DNA from: a bacterium
GTDB taxonomy: Bacteria > UBA8248
Direction of reading: 5' to 3'
DNA: 64,000 nucleotides
NCBI GenBank assembly: GCA_965221165.1
Contig: CBDCRP010000003.1
Coordinates: 1,120,001-1,184,000, forward strand
Under the pieces are notes generated by a model, which was not told the DNA's origin, did no database searches, and worked only from the letters and a program-made list of their open reading frames with translations. This document shows, one piece after another, positions 32,573 to 42,091 of the stretch (positions are counted from its first letter, which is position 1; every line of letters starts with the position of its first letter). The position numbers and the translations under genes were made by a program.

Positions 32573-33562
32573 TCACTTCCACTCGACCAAAACCGCACCC
32601 CAAGTGAGGCCTCCACCGAAAGCAGCCATGAGAACATTATCTCCGCTTCGAACTTTCCCCTCCCTCACCGATTCATCCAGAGCAACCGGGATGGTGGCCG
32701 CGGACATATTGCCATATTTGTTAATCGTGACGATCACTTTTTCCATCGACAATTTAAGCCGTTTCGCCACGGCTTCGATAATGCGCAGATTCGCCTGATG
32801 GGGGATGAATACATCCACATCATCCAAGGTGAGGCCGCTTCGCTCCAGCGTTTCATTGCATACATCCGAGAAATAGCGTACCGCTGTTTTGAACGTCTCC
32901 TGTCCTCTCATTTGCAGCAAATGCTCTTTGTTATGCACATCGTCCGGCGTCATCGGGGCGAATCGTGAACCGCCTCCGGGGACCACAATGAGTTCCCCGG
33001 CTTTCCCGTCGCTATACACCCTGGAATCCATGACGCCTCTGTTTCCATTTTCCGATGCCCCGATTACAACGGCGCCCGCTCCATCTCCCCACAAAACGCA
33101 TGTGCCCCTATCCTCCCAATTGGTCACCCGCGTCATGACGTCGGCGGAAACCAGGAGCACTTTTTTCATCACGCCTGAGCGGATGTATGCATCCGCCGCC
33201 TGAAGGCCATAGACGAATCCCGTGCACGCCGCATTCAAATCAAACGCCGCTGCCCTGTGCGCGCCGATATGAGCCTGGAGCCAGCAAGCGGCCGCCGGGC
33301 ACATCGTATCCGGCGTGAAGGTGGTTACGATGATGAGGTCGATGTCCTCGGCGCACACCTCCGCCGCCTCCAGCGCCTGATTGGCGGCATGTATCGACAG
33401 GTGGGAAGTGGCCTCATCTGCCTTCGCCACACGCCTCTCGCTGATTCCCGTTCGAGCGCGAATCCACTGGTCGCTGGTGTCGACCATCTTTTCCAGATCG
33501 GCATTCGAAAGAACTCTTTCAGGGACATAAGAACCTGTCCCCAAAATGACGGAGTGGGTCAC
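32573..33562 (-). CDS. fabH: 3-oxoacyl-ACP synthase III
   Basis: WIRARTGI, AACTGF, PHQAN, YGN, GGGLTWG motifs. Confidence 0.96.
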   Translation of the reverse strand: MTHSVILGTGSYVPERVLSNADLEKMVDTSDQWIRARTGISERRVAKADEATSHLSIHAANQALEAAEVCAEDIDLIIVTTFTPDTMCPAAACWLQAHIGAHRAAAFDLNAACTGFVYGLQAADAYIRSGVMKKVLLVSADVMTRVTNWEDRGTCVLWGDGAGAVVIGASENGNRGVMDSRVYSDGKAGELIVVPGGGSRFAPMTPDDVHNKEHLLQMRGQETFKTAVRYFSDVCNETLERSGLTLDDVDVFIPHQANLRIIEAVAKRLKLSMEKVIVTINKYGNMSAATIPVALDESVREGKVRSGDNVLMAAFGGGLTWGAVLVEWK

Positions 33563-33629
33563 AATATGATTCCCTATTCGGGCGAGATTACTGCCAGGGT
33601 GCGATCGTATTCGAAAATCGACTCAGATA

Positions 33630-34742
33630 TCAAGAGGGCTTATTTTCTTCATCGCTACTCTCTTGCTCATCTTCCGTTACCTTTTCGTAGAAAATGCCCG
33701 TTCGTATCTGATTCCATAAACGCCAACCGACATCTCCGCTACGCTGTATGGAGATATGTTTGTCAATCTCTTTTTGTATCTTGGCATTGAGATCCACGTG
33801 GACGATATTCGCCGTTGTCCGGATGGCGTTTTTCACGGCCTTCGCGTTGCTACGGCCATGTCCAATTGTACAAATTCCACCCAAGCCCAGCAATGGCGCG
33901 GCTCCATATTCGGAATAATCGGTTCTTTGGCGCATGGACTTCAGGCCATTCTGCAAAAACATATACCCGATCTTGCTGCGCATCGAACCGATGATTTGCT
34001 CTCTAAGCAGCGTCGTCAGCATTTCACTGAGACTCTCGCTCACCTTCAAGGCCACGTTGCCCGAGAATCCGTCGCACACGATCACGTCCGTGCCGCCCTG
34101 AAAAATAGTGCTCCCCTCGACATTGCCCACAAAATTCAAATCGCTTTTCACAAAAATCTCATGGACCGTCTTGAGCACTTCGGTTCCTTTGGAATCCTCG
34201 CCCCCCACGTTCAACAAGCCCACGGTGGGCGCGGGTTTCTTGAACACCTCCTCGGTATACACGGAACCCATGATCCCGAACTGGAACAAGTGCTGCGCCC
34301 GCGGGCTCAAATTCGCTCCCACGTCCAACATAACGGAAAATCCTTTGAGGGTAGGGATCAAAGCGGCAATGGCGGGCCGCTGAACCCCTCGCATACGCTG
34401 TAAAACCGTCAAACCCGTGGCGAAGGCGCCTCCGGTATCGCCCGCGCTGAATACCGCCTGCGCCTCCCCGTCCTTGACCAACTGAAGAGCGACGCGCATG
34501 GATGAGTCCGGCTTCGACTTCACCGACTTCGTGGGCGATTCGCCCATATCGATAACTTGACTCGCCGCGCGAATGTCAAAGATATCCCCAGAAGCTCCGA
34601 GACGCGCGAGTTCCGCTTCGATTCGCTCCGGCACGCCCACCAGGATGGATTCGATTTCCTCTTCCCGGTGAGCTTCCAACGCCCCTTCTATTACTGCCGA
34701 AGGCGCGTTGTCTCCACCCATGGCATCTATGGCTATTTTCAT
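33630..34742 (-). CDS. plsX: Phosphate acyltransferase PlsX
   Basis: MKIAIDAMGGD, RPAIA, LDVGAN, DGFSGNVALK, GHGRS motifs. Start ATG 34742. Confidence 0.96.
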   Translation of the reverse strand: MKIAIDAMGGDNAPSAVIEGALEAHREEEIESILVGVPERIEAELARLGASGDIFDIRAASQVIDMGESPTKSVKSKPDSSMRVALQLVKDGEAQAVFSAGDTGGAFATGLTVLQRMRGVQRPAIAALIPTLKGFSVMLDVGANLSPRAQHLFQFGIMGSVYTEEVFKKPAPTVGLLNVGGEDSKGTEVLKTVHEIFVKSDLNFVGNVEGSTIFQGGTDVIVCDGFSGNVALKVSESLSEMLTTLLREQIIGSMRSKIGYMFLQNGLKSMRQRTDYSEYGAAPLLGLGGICTIGHGRSNAKAVKNAIRTTANIVHVDLNAKIQKEIDKHISIQRSGDVGWRLWNQIRTGIFYEKVTEDEQESSDEENKPS

Positions 34743-34762
34743 CGTCTCTTCCTGCGGTGGTT

Positions 34763-34942
34763 TTATTCCTTCACTTCTAAAACTTTTTGTCCCTTGTAAT
34801 ACCCGCAGACATTGCATACCCGATGGGGCAGCACCGGATTATTGCAGTTCGAACAAACTGCGACTGATGGTTTGGCCACTTTATAATGCGTTCTTCTTTT
34901 GCGGCCTCGCGTCTGCGAGTGCCGACGTTTGGGAAGTCCCAC
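34763..34942 (-). CDS. rpmF: 50S ribosomal protein L32 (59 aa, zinc-ribbon form; missed by ORF track)
   Basis: Manual translation: MGLPKRRHSQTRGRKRRTHYKVAKPSVAVCSNCNNPVLPHRVCNVCGYYKGQKVLEVKE. AAGGAG RBS; canonical yceD-rpmF-plsX order. Confidence 0.95.
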   Translation of the reverse strand: MGLPKRRHSQTRGRKRRTHYKVAKPSVAVCSNCNNPVLPHRVCNVCGYYKGQKVLEVKE

Positions 34943-35086
34943 AGCACCGTGCTCCTTTCAAGATAATGCGTCAAACACGACCATTTCCCTCGCATGCCTC
35001 TCGGCTTCACGTCCGGAAATGAATCACCATATAGTATCACATATTCCAAATTTCAGATTCATCACACACGAATTACCACAGACTCA

Positions 35087-35623
35087 TCATGCGGAACCTG
35101 GTTGTTTCCAGTCCTTGAGCACCCCCCACCTCGGGTCTGATCCCGCCCCCACGCCGACGGATTCCCCTTCATCGAGTTTCCGGCAGGTTTCAGGCGCTTC
35201 TCCCAAACATTTTTCAGGACATCTGGGCTGTATGGGAATCGCCAGCCCGATTTGATCGCAAACGGGCGTCGTCAGATCTACCGTTTCGCTTTCGATGTAT
35301 GCGACCTCGAGATCATCTTCATTCAGTTCAATTTCACCTTCCGGGCCCAAATCTTGCGGCATCCGGGAAAAATAGACGGCCAAAGGCTCATTGAACGAAA
35401 GCGGAAACTCCGCCAGCCCGAGAGAGCATTCCAACAACACCCGACCACTCAACCGACCCTGGAAACTCACCTGGTGAAGACCCGTTTTCTCCAACCTGCC
35501 GGTGAGCTTTAGACCGGAAGCCCTGAACCAGACTTCCTCCAAATCATCTGTTTCCAAATCCAGAGCGACATCAAGACCATTATCCGGAATTTGGGTGAGA
35601 GGAAATTGAAGTATTTTCCCCAT
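35087..35623 (-). CDS. yceD: YceD/DUF177 family protein
   Basis: LECS...VDL...IGLAIPIQPRC...C...DPRW motifs; upstream of rpmF. Start ATG 35623. Confidence 0.85.
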   Translation of the reverse strand: MGKILQFPLTQIPDNGLDVALDLETDDLEEVWFRASGLKLTGRLEKTGLHQVSFQGRLSGRVLLECSLGLAEFPLSFNEPLAVYFSRMPQDLGPEGEIELNEDDLEVAYIESETVDLTTPVCDQIGLAIPIQPRCPEKCLGEAPETCRKLDEGESVGVGAGSDPRWGVLKDWKQPGSA

Positions 35624-35714
35624 ATCGATTCCCCAGAGGAAGTGCGCCAACAGATAGGTGCGCTCCCCGGCCATCACGGCGCATAGCGCTCCTATCCACA
35701 ACGCTCAAATTCAA

Positions 35715-35743
35715 AATATAGGCAGGCGGTAAGGCCGTGTCAA
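35715..35743 (-). promoter_or_regulatory. sigma70 promoter of the yceD-rpmF-plsX-fab operon
   Basis: TTGACA(35743-38)-17 bp-TATATT(35720-15). Confidence 0.7.
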
Positions 35744-35824
35744 ACAACAACAGTACAAGGATCGACTCGGGGCGTTGCCTATTCCATTGAATTAACGCAC
35801 GTCGCGCAATCGCTCCCGGCAACC

Positions 35825-36775
35825 CTACGGACGCGACTCCAGTAACTCCAGAAGCCGTCCCTCACGAACACCACCGGTTGATATGCCTAACTCCCTCTTT
35901 TGCCCCCACCGCAACAGCGCGCGCGCGACGATGAGGCCGGCGAGCGCTACGTCCTCACGCCCTGACTCTAAGCCGCAAAGCCCACTTCTTTCCTCATAAG
36001 ACATTCCAGCAAACCGATCGACCCATTCCTCAAAAAAAGAGGCCTGCAGCGAGAGGCCATCGACGCCCCCGCCCGGCGGCGCGCCTTCGGTTATAAACCA
36101 GGCCAGCGCCACCACCCCCCCGCATCCGACAAAGGGGCGTTCCGCGAGTGCTACCTCACCAAAATCAATATCCGCCAACATCGCACCCACCGCCTCCGAA
36201 CAGGCCTGCACCTGCTCATCCGGCGTGGGCATTCTTTTCAGGTAACGCTCCGTCAGATACACCACGCCTGCGGGCAAACTCACCATCTCCCGAACCCCAT
36301 CTCCCTCGGCGAGTATTACTTCGAGGCTTCCTCCGCCGACATCGAAGACCAAGGCGCGTTCGGGCCTGGCCTGCTCGCCGGCGAAAACGCCAGCCAGCGC
36401 CAGCCGCGCCTCTTCCTCGGCCGGAATGACCCGCATCGCAATGCCCAGCCGCGAGGCGCGCGCAATGAATACGTCCGCGTTTCGCGCTTCACGCAGCGCG
36501 CTCGTCGCCATGGCATCGGTGAGGTTGACGCGACGCTCCTGAATGATTTGCGCAAATCGCGATAGGCAGGCGAGTCCTCTTTCCATGGCCCTCTCGGAGA
36601 GCATGCCCGTTTCACGAACTCCCTCACCCAGGCGTATCAGTTCACGCCAGCGGCCCCGCGATTCCAGCCTCCCCGCATCATCGAGCGTGGCGAGCGCCAA
36701 GCGGGCTGCGTTCGTGCCCAAATCCACCACCGCGGCAAGTGGAGCCGGGGCAATGATGCGAGATTTTTTAGACAT
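35825..36775 (-). CDS. Ppx/GppA family phosphatase
   Basis: VDLGTN, ATSALREARN, EEEARL, DVGGGSLE, GVREG motifs. Confidence 0.9.
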   Translation of the reverse strand: MSKKSRIIAPAPLAAVVDLGTNAARLALATLDDAGRLESRGRWRELIRLGEGVRETGMLSERAMERGLACLSRFAQIIQERRVNLTDAMATSALREARNADVFIARASRLGIAMRVIPAEEEARLALAGVFAGEQARPERALVFDVGGGSLEVILAEGDGVREMVSLPAGVVYLTERYLKRMPTPDEQVQACSEAVGAMLADIDFGEVALAERPFVGCGGVVALAWFITEGAPPGGGVDGLSLQASFFEEWVDRFAGMSYEERSGLCGLESGREDVALAGLIVARALLRWGQKRELGISTGGVREGRLLELLESRP

Positions 36776-36799
36776 TTAAAAGTAGTTTTTCCGGAGTGG

Positions 36800-37309
36800 T
36801 CATGAATTCCTAAAGCGTTCTTTGTTGTTCATGTAAGAAACGGCGGTGTTCTTGAAGCGCGCTCTTTCCTCATCGCTCAAGTCGCGAACATATCTGGCGG
36901 GCGCGCCCAGCCAAAGGGTTCCGGGATCAATCACCTTGTTCTCGGGCACGAGGGCGCCCGCTCCGACGACGGCGCCCTCGCCCACCTTCACGTTGTTCAG
37001 CACTATTGCGCCCATCGCGATAACAGCGCCGTCTCCCACCTCGCACCCATGCACGATGGCCATATGACCCACAGAAACGCCATCGCCCAGTACGCAGTCG
37101 TATTTCCCGCCCTCGATGTGCAGGATCGAGCCATCCTGTATGTTGGTGCGCTTGCCTACGCGGATGGGCATATGATCCCCGCGCAAAACGCAGTTGTACC
37201 AAACGCTGCTGTGCTCGCCGATCTCCACATCGCCAATAACGACGGCAGTCTCCGCCAACCAGGCGGTTTCATGAATTTTAGGCAGCATTCCCTCGAAGGG
37301 AATCAACAT
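36800..37309 (-). CDS. Gamma carbonic anhydrase family protein (YrdA/PaaY-like)
   Basis: VIGDVEIG, VLRGD, TNIQDG, VGHMAIVHGC motifs. Confidence 0.92.
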   Translation of the reverse strand: MLIPFEGMLPKIHETAWLAETAVVIGDVEIGEHSSVWYNCVLRGDHMPIRVGKRTNIQDGSILHIEGGKYDCVLGDGVSVGHMAIVHGCEVGDGAVIAMGAIVLNNVKVGEGAVVGAGALVPENKVIDPGTLWLGAPARYVRDLSDEERARFKNTAVSYMNNKERFRNS

Positions 37310-37338
37310 GGGCGCTTCTCCCTCGTTTCATTTTCAGT

Positions 37339-38880
37339 TCAAAGACGTGGTGTTCGCTTACCCTCGGCACCGAACAAAGGCTCGTGGGCCGCGGGTGAAG
37401 CCTGAGATACCTTCAGCAGGGGCAAGTTGTCAAACATCGTTCGCCGCTCGTCCAGAATCCTTTTGAAAGCCGGCCGCAGCGAACGGGGAAGCGGCATGCC
37501 TTTGGGAAGCTCCGCCTTCAAGGGGTCCAAATGCCGGCCCCGACGGATGATCCTGTAATCGAGGTGGGGGCCGGTAGACAAACCCGTGGAACCCACGTAG
37601 CCGATCACCTGGCCCTGGTGGACCCGCCTGCCCGTGCGAATTCCGCGCGCGTATCGATACAAGTGGAGATAGGCGGTTCTATAACCTCCCCCATGGCGTA
37701 GTTCAACCGTCTTGCCGGCCTGGCGTTTTCGGCTCGCCCGGGTGACGACTCCATCGGCGACCGCATACACGGGCGTACCCCGGGGTGCGGCATAGTCTAC
37801 GCCGAGGTGGGGGCGGTAGCGCTTGAGCAGGGGATGGAAGCGCCTCCACGAGAAACGCGAGCTGATCCGCGTATAGCGCAGCGGAGATCGCAAAAATGCG
37901 CGCCTCAAGGATTCGCCCTCGAAGTTATAATACGTGCCGCCTGCGTGCTCGAAATACACGGCGGTGTGTCGCCTCCTCCCCACGATGAACTCAGCCGCCA
38001 GAATCTTCTCGTAGCCGGCGAATTCCCCTTCGAAGCGCTTTCTCTCAACCAGGACTTCCACTTGGTCTCCGGTTTGTAAATCCTTATGAAAATCAATGAC
38101 ATACGCAAAAATATCGCTCAGCCTATTCGCGAGGACAGGAGCCCCCCCGCCATCGGAAATGGCCTGATGCAAGGAACTGTCGATGCGGGATTGAATGCGC
38201 ACGACATCTATGGAATAGGGTATGGCCTCTTTCGTGGCTTTCAACGCGCCGTTCGGCGTTCGCGCGATTCTGAGCCGATTTGTATTGTCGAGTTGAAGAA
38301 CGAATTCACGAAATTCGCCATCCTTTTTTTTTACCTCATATCGGCGACCCGCCCGAACACGCGAAAAAATACGTTTTTCACGGACGCTCTCCAAAACTTC
38401 CTGAATCTCAGAGCGCCTCACACCATGGGTTTTTAGCACGCCGATGACGGTGTCCGCTTTCGAGAATTTGCCCGCTTTCGTCGTGAATTCCTCCTCTTTC
38501 AGCGGGCTCTCGACCGGCGCGCTCACAACCGGTGGTCTCTCGACTCGGGGGCTCTCGACCGGCGCGCTATCGACTGGCGGGCTCTTGAGGGTTTTCTTCA
38601 AAGGATTTTCTTTGGGCTTCTCGCGCGCCTGATTCCGAGGTGCCCGGGCGAGTTCGTGCTGCGTCGTATTCTTGCGCGCCTTTTCGGCTTCACGCGCATC
38701 CGGTCGCGCAACGTAGTTATCAGATGGGTCGGGAGAAATATATACGGAAGAACCAACGCCCGAGAACACGCCAAAGCCGAGCGCCAACGACACGCCAACT
38801 ACCCAGAACTTTACGGGACTCCCGGCAGATTTTAATTCGGAAATAAATTGCCTGGCGAAGCGCTCTAGCTTCCTGCGCAT
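37339..38880 (-). CDS. M23 family peptidoglycan DD-endopeptidase (MepM-like)
   Basis: N-terminal TM, ISSRF, HLGVDYAA (HxxxD), STGPHLDY (HxH position reads HLD). Start probably ATG 38880. Confidence 0.9.
   Translation of the reverse strand: MRRKLERFARQFISELKSAGSPVKFWVVGVSLALGFGVFSGVGSSVYISPDPSDNYVARPDAREAEKARKNTTQHELARAPRNQAREKPKENPLKKTLKSPPVDSAPVESPRVERPPVVSAPVESPLKEEEFTTKAGKFSKADTVIGVLKTHGVRRSEIQEVLESVREKRIFSRVRAGRRYEVKKKDGEFREFVLQLDNTNRLRIARTPNGALKATKEAIPYSIDVVRIQSRIDSSLHQAISDGGGAPVLANRLSDIFAYVIDFHKDLQTGDQVEVLVERKRFEGEFAGYEKILAAEFIVGRRRHTAVYFEHAGGTYYNFEGESLRRAFLRSPLRYTRISSRFSWRRFHPLLKRYRPHLGVDYAAPRGTPVYAVADGVVTRASRKRQAGKTVELRHGGGYRTAYLHLYRYARGIRTGRRVHQGQVIGYVGSTGLSTGPHLDYRIIRRGRHLDPLKAELPKGMPLPRSLRPAFKRILDERRTMFDNLPLLKVSQASPAAHEPLFGAEGKRTPRL
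38504..38585. repeat. Intragenic 15-bp-period repeat encoding a Pro-rich linker
   Basis: Exact 20-mer GGGCTCTCGACCGGCGCGCT at 38504 and 38549; encodes SPPVDSAPVESPRVERPPVVSAPVESP. Confidence 0.8.
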
Positions 38881-39258
38881 CGAAATTCCTTTCGAAATAC
38901 CGGGCGGATATCCCGTAAAGCAGGCAAGTCCAGCAAAAACTGCATCTTCCAATGGCGATGCCATTTTAACAGAGCTTCCCGATTTTTCAAATTTCCATAC
39001 CAAGCGCGGCCGCAGAAAATAGAATTCTCCCGGCGCGTTCATCGTTCACCATTTTTCGTATACCGGATATTCCCAAAAAGTGGGCCTTTTCAAAATATAC
39101 GCCGCCTCCACGCAGTTGCCCGCATTTGCGGGGCGAACGCGCCGCTCCATTTCCATATATTCCACGGCCCCGGCCCCTCCTGCGCCGGAGCGATGGCCGA
39201 GACGCGCCGCAAGCAAACGCTTCCTCTCGATGTGGGAGCCCTCATCCAGGAGAGTGAA

Positions 39259-40338
39259 ATGGGGCATCGCTTCATGTATCAAAATCTCATCGATGACGAG
39301 ACGGCCATCACCGCCACTTCGGTGGAAACGGGTTTCGTCGGCGCGGGCGTGCCACGCGTCGCCAACGCGGGCGGCTCGATGATATTCTCGGGCGCCTACG
39401 CCGGAGACGACAGGGAAGTCTACTCCGTGGAAATCGACGCCCCGGGTGATGTGGGAAGCGCTCGTTTCAAGTGGCGCAAGACCTCGACTTCGGCGGGTGG
39501 CTGGGAAGCCTCGAACATCCCCACCGCACTGAAAGACGTCGCCCTCGATGCAGGTGTGAAGGTCCGCTTCGCGGATGGAGCGAATTCACCCGCTTTCGCT
39601 TTGGGAGATCGTTGGCAGGCCACGGCGAATCGCTTTCACTCGCCAAGAAGAACCTACGATCTGGACCCCGGCACGAGGATGAGGAGCGCCTCCCCTCCCG
39701 AAGACCCCTGGTCGCTTGCCCTTGATTTCGGCGAGGAGAAATCTCCCGACGTATTCATCGCCCACCTCCACAACTTCACGCCAGAAACAAGTCTCAAGAT
39801 TCAGGCGAACTCAACTGCCGACTGGCGCGCGCCCGCGCTCGAGGAAGCGCTCGCCTGGAGAAGCCCCACGCTCGTCCATTATCTCACCACCACGCCCCGC
39901 CCGTATCGCTACTGGCGGCTTCTGGCGGAAGGCGGCGGCGCCAACCCGGATGCTTATCTGGAAATCTCGGAAATATATTTAGGCGGCTTTTTTGAGCCTG
40001 CCGATCATTTCTGGTTCGGAAACGTGGTGGGAGAAGAATCCTTCGAGGAAACAGGCCGCGCGGAGAACAGGGCGGACCGTCTGGTGCTCCTGAACCGCGC
40101 TCGCACGGCCACCCTCCCCTATCAGCGCATCTCCGGTGAGCAGCGCGGCGAATTCCTCGCCATGTACCGGGCGGTGAAGGACATTCAGGCAGGGCGGGCC
40201 AAACCGCTATTCGTTCATCTGGACGTGGATGACCCCGCCTCGCTCATTCTCGCCAACCTCATGGGCGATTTTTTGCCGCGCCAGACGGGGCCGGATGATT
40301 TCTCCTTCGAGCTTCAGCTCAAGGAGAGACTCTCATGA
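39259..40338 (+). CDS. Putative distal tail (Dit-like) protein with discoidin/F5-8-like domain
   Basis: ATG 39259 after AGGAG. LALDFG, HNF, YRYWRL, YLEISEIYLG discoidin-like motifs; C-terminal FELQLKE typical of Dit-like proteins. Confidence 0.6.
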   Translation: MGHRFMYQNLIDDETAITATSVETGFVGAGVPRVANAGGSMIFSGAYAGDDREVYSVEIDAPGDVGSARFKWRKTSTSAGGWEASNIPTALKDVALDAGVKVRFADGANSPAFALGDRWQATANRFHSPRRTYDLDPGTRMRSASPPEDPWSLALDFGEEKSPDVFIAHLHNFTPETSLKIQANSTADWRAPALEEALAWRSPTLVHYLTTTPRPYRYWRLLAEGGGANPDAYLEISEIYLGGFFEPADHFWFGNVVGEESFEETGRAENRADRLVLLNRARTATLPYQRISGEQRGEFLAMYRAVKDIQAGRAKPLFVHLDVDDPASLILANLMGDFLPRQTGPDDFSFELQLKERLS

Positions 40339-40868
40339 GACGGGCCACGGACCATGCCATCGCGGATATCGCCGAACATGCGGGCAAAAACGCTTTCGTC
40401 ATCTATCACCTCTCCACCGCCGGCGGAAAGCGCGTGTTTTGCGGAAAGCAGGTACCCGATTCGCTGATCGGGCAAGGCGGAAAAATCTACTTCCTCGATG
40501 GCGCCCGGATTCTCGACGGCTCACTCCTGCTGGGAGAAGGAGCCGAAGTGCTCCTCGGCGCTCATGATTGGATAGAGGATGGCGGACGCTTCTCCCTCGG
40601 CGCGTTTCAGGGCCCCTCCGCTCTCGAAGCATTCAGGCAAAAAGAACTCTCCGGCCTTACGATATTCATCAACAACAACTCCGATATGGACGGCCACCCG
40701 CGTATGAGCCGCATCCTCGCGACGGAACCGCTCGTGGGCGGGAGGGTGGACGTCCGCGTCGGGTTTTCGGGGCAAACCATAGCCGATGTTCTTTCGATCG
40801 CGAGTTTCACGGTTCGCCGAATCATCGAGCGCATCGACCTGGTCACGATTGAATGCGAGGGAAACTAG
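40335..40868 (+). CDS. Putative tail hub N-terminal-like protein
   Basis: ATGA overlap with the previous gene; VDVRVGF...VTIECE pattern; in frame with the next gene. Confidence 0.5.
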   Translation: MRRATDHAIADIAEHAGKNAFVIYHLSTAGGKRVFCGKQVPDSLIGQGGKIYFLDGARILDGSLLLGEGAEVLLGAHDWIEDGGRFSLGAFQGPSALEAFRQKELSGLTIFINNNSDMDGHPRMSRILATEPLVGGRVDVRVGFSGQTIADVLSIASFTVRRIIERIDLVTIECEGN

Positions 40869-42080
40869 ATGGCCGACCTGACGACGGACCGGCTCTCGGA
40901 TTCATTTCAGATAGGGCGCGCCTCGAGATACGCCGCTCCTGAGTTCGAAGACCAGAGCCTCCCCATCATCTACGGGAATTTAACCATCCCCTCGCGTGAG
41001 AATTCGGGTGTCTACGCGCTCCCGAAAATCGACACCACAGGCGACGGCCTCTACTGCGTGGCCGGGCATGAAATATCAGGCGGCGTCACGTTGTTTGATG
41101 ACGATGGCCGCATCGAGCCGGATGACTATGCGCTGGAACTCGCCCGCAACTATCTGGGCAAGGGGGTCATCGCCACCGCCGTCTTTTCCGCCCCGCCCAA
41201 GGGGAGAGTAACCGCCGTATGCAAGGGCAAGATGGACGCTGCGGGCGCGCTCATCGAAAACCCCGCCGCAATCATTTATGACCTGATGACGAGCGTCTGG
41301 GGTTTCAGCGAACAGGACATCGACATGCAGGCCCTCTCACGCGCGGCGGCCTGCGCGAACGCTCTCGCCTACCGGGCGGGCGGAATACTCATGGACGATC
41401 ATGCGCCCGCCGACGTTCTCACCGCGCTTTTGGGCGATTTTCTCGCGCGATACGAAATCGACCCGTTCGGTCGCCTGGGAGTTCGCATCGCCGGGGAGGA
41501 ATCTTCCGGGGTTCTTCCGAAAAAGGTTCTGCCCCGCTTCGGCCAATGGCGCATCGAGGCGGAGATGGCGCGCGACACGGTCATCAACCAGGTTCCGGCG
41601 CTCTACGCGAGGGACTACGTAAGCGCGCGGCACATGAAGCACGATGATGGCGAGACTACAAAAAACACGTCCTCCCAAAGGCTCTATGGCGTCAGGATGC
41701 CTCCGCAAAGCCCGCTCAGGCTCGAATGGGTCCGGCGCGAGAGCGTGGCCGCCACGATTCAATCGCGCATCGTGGAACGCTATCACCAACCCACCCGCAT
41801 GCTCACCATCGAGGACAACACCCTGAGAGCACTCGAGGTCGAACCGGACGACTACGTCGCGTTCAGCGTGCCCTGGATGCGCTCGGAAAACCTCGAACCC
41901 CTCGTGAATCAAATCGGGGAAGTGATTGAGGTGAACTACGACCTGAGTGAACAAAACATGGAGTTCAAAATCCGGGATACCGGCTTTTTCCTGACATCCT
42001 CCCCTCTTCTGGATGGGACCAGAACACTCGAAGGCGGCCGGCTCCTGGGTGCCGAGCGCGACGCCGCCACCTACGCGTAA
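40869..42080 (+). CDS. Putative tail hub / tip attachment (Tal/gpJ-like) protein
   Basis: LPIIYG, ENPAAIIYDL, SQRLYG, LEWVR, LEVEPDDYV patterns recalled from siphovirus hub proteins. Confidence 0.65.
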   Translation: MADLTTDRLSDSFQIGRASRYAAPEFEDQSLPIIYGNLTIPSRENSGVYALPKIDTTGDGLYCVAGHEISGGVTLFDDDGRIEPDDYALELARNYLGKGVIATAVFSAPPKGRVTAVCKGKMDAAGALIENPAAIIYDLMTSVWGFSEQDIDMQALSRAAACANALAYRAGGILMDDHAPADVLTALLGDFLARYEIDPFGRLGVRIAGEESSGVLPKKVLPRFGQWRIEAEMARDTVINQVPALYARDYVSARHMKHDDGETTKNTSSQRLYGVRMPPQSPLRLEWVRRESVAATIQSRIVERYHQPTRMLTIEDNTLRALEVEPDDYVAFSVPWMRSENLEPLVNQIGEVIEVNYDLSEQNMEFKIRDTGFFLTSSPLLDGTRTLEGGRLLGAERDAATYA

Positions 42081-42091
42081 AGGAGAAAAAA

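Noticed and set aside
34777-35049. 90-aa minus ORF
   Set aside because: Off-frame overlap of rpmF.
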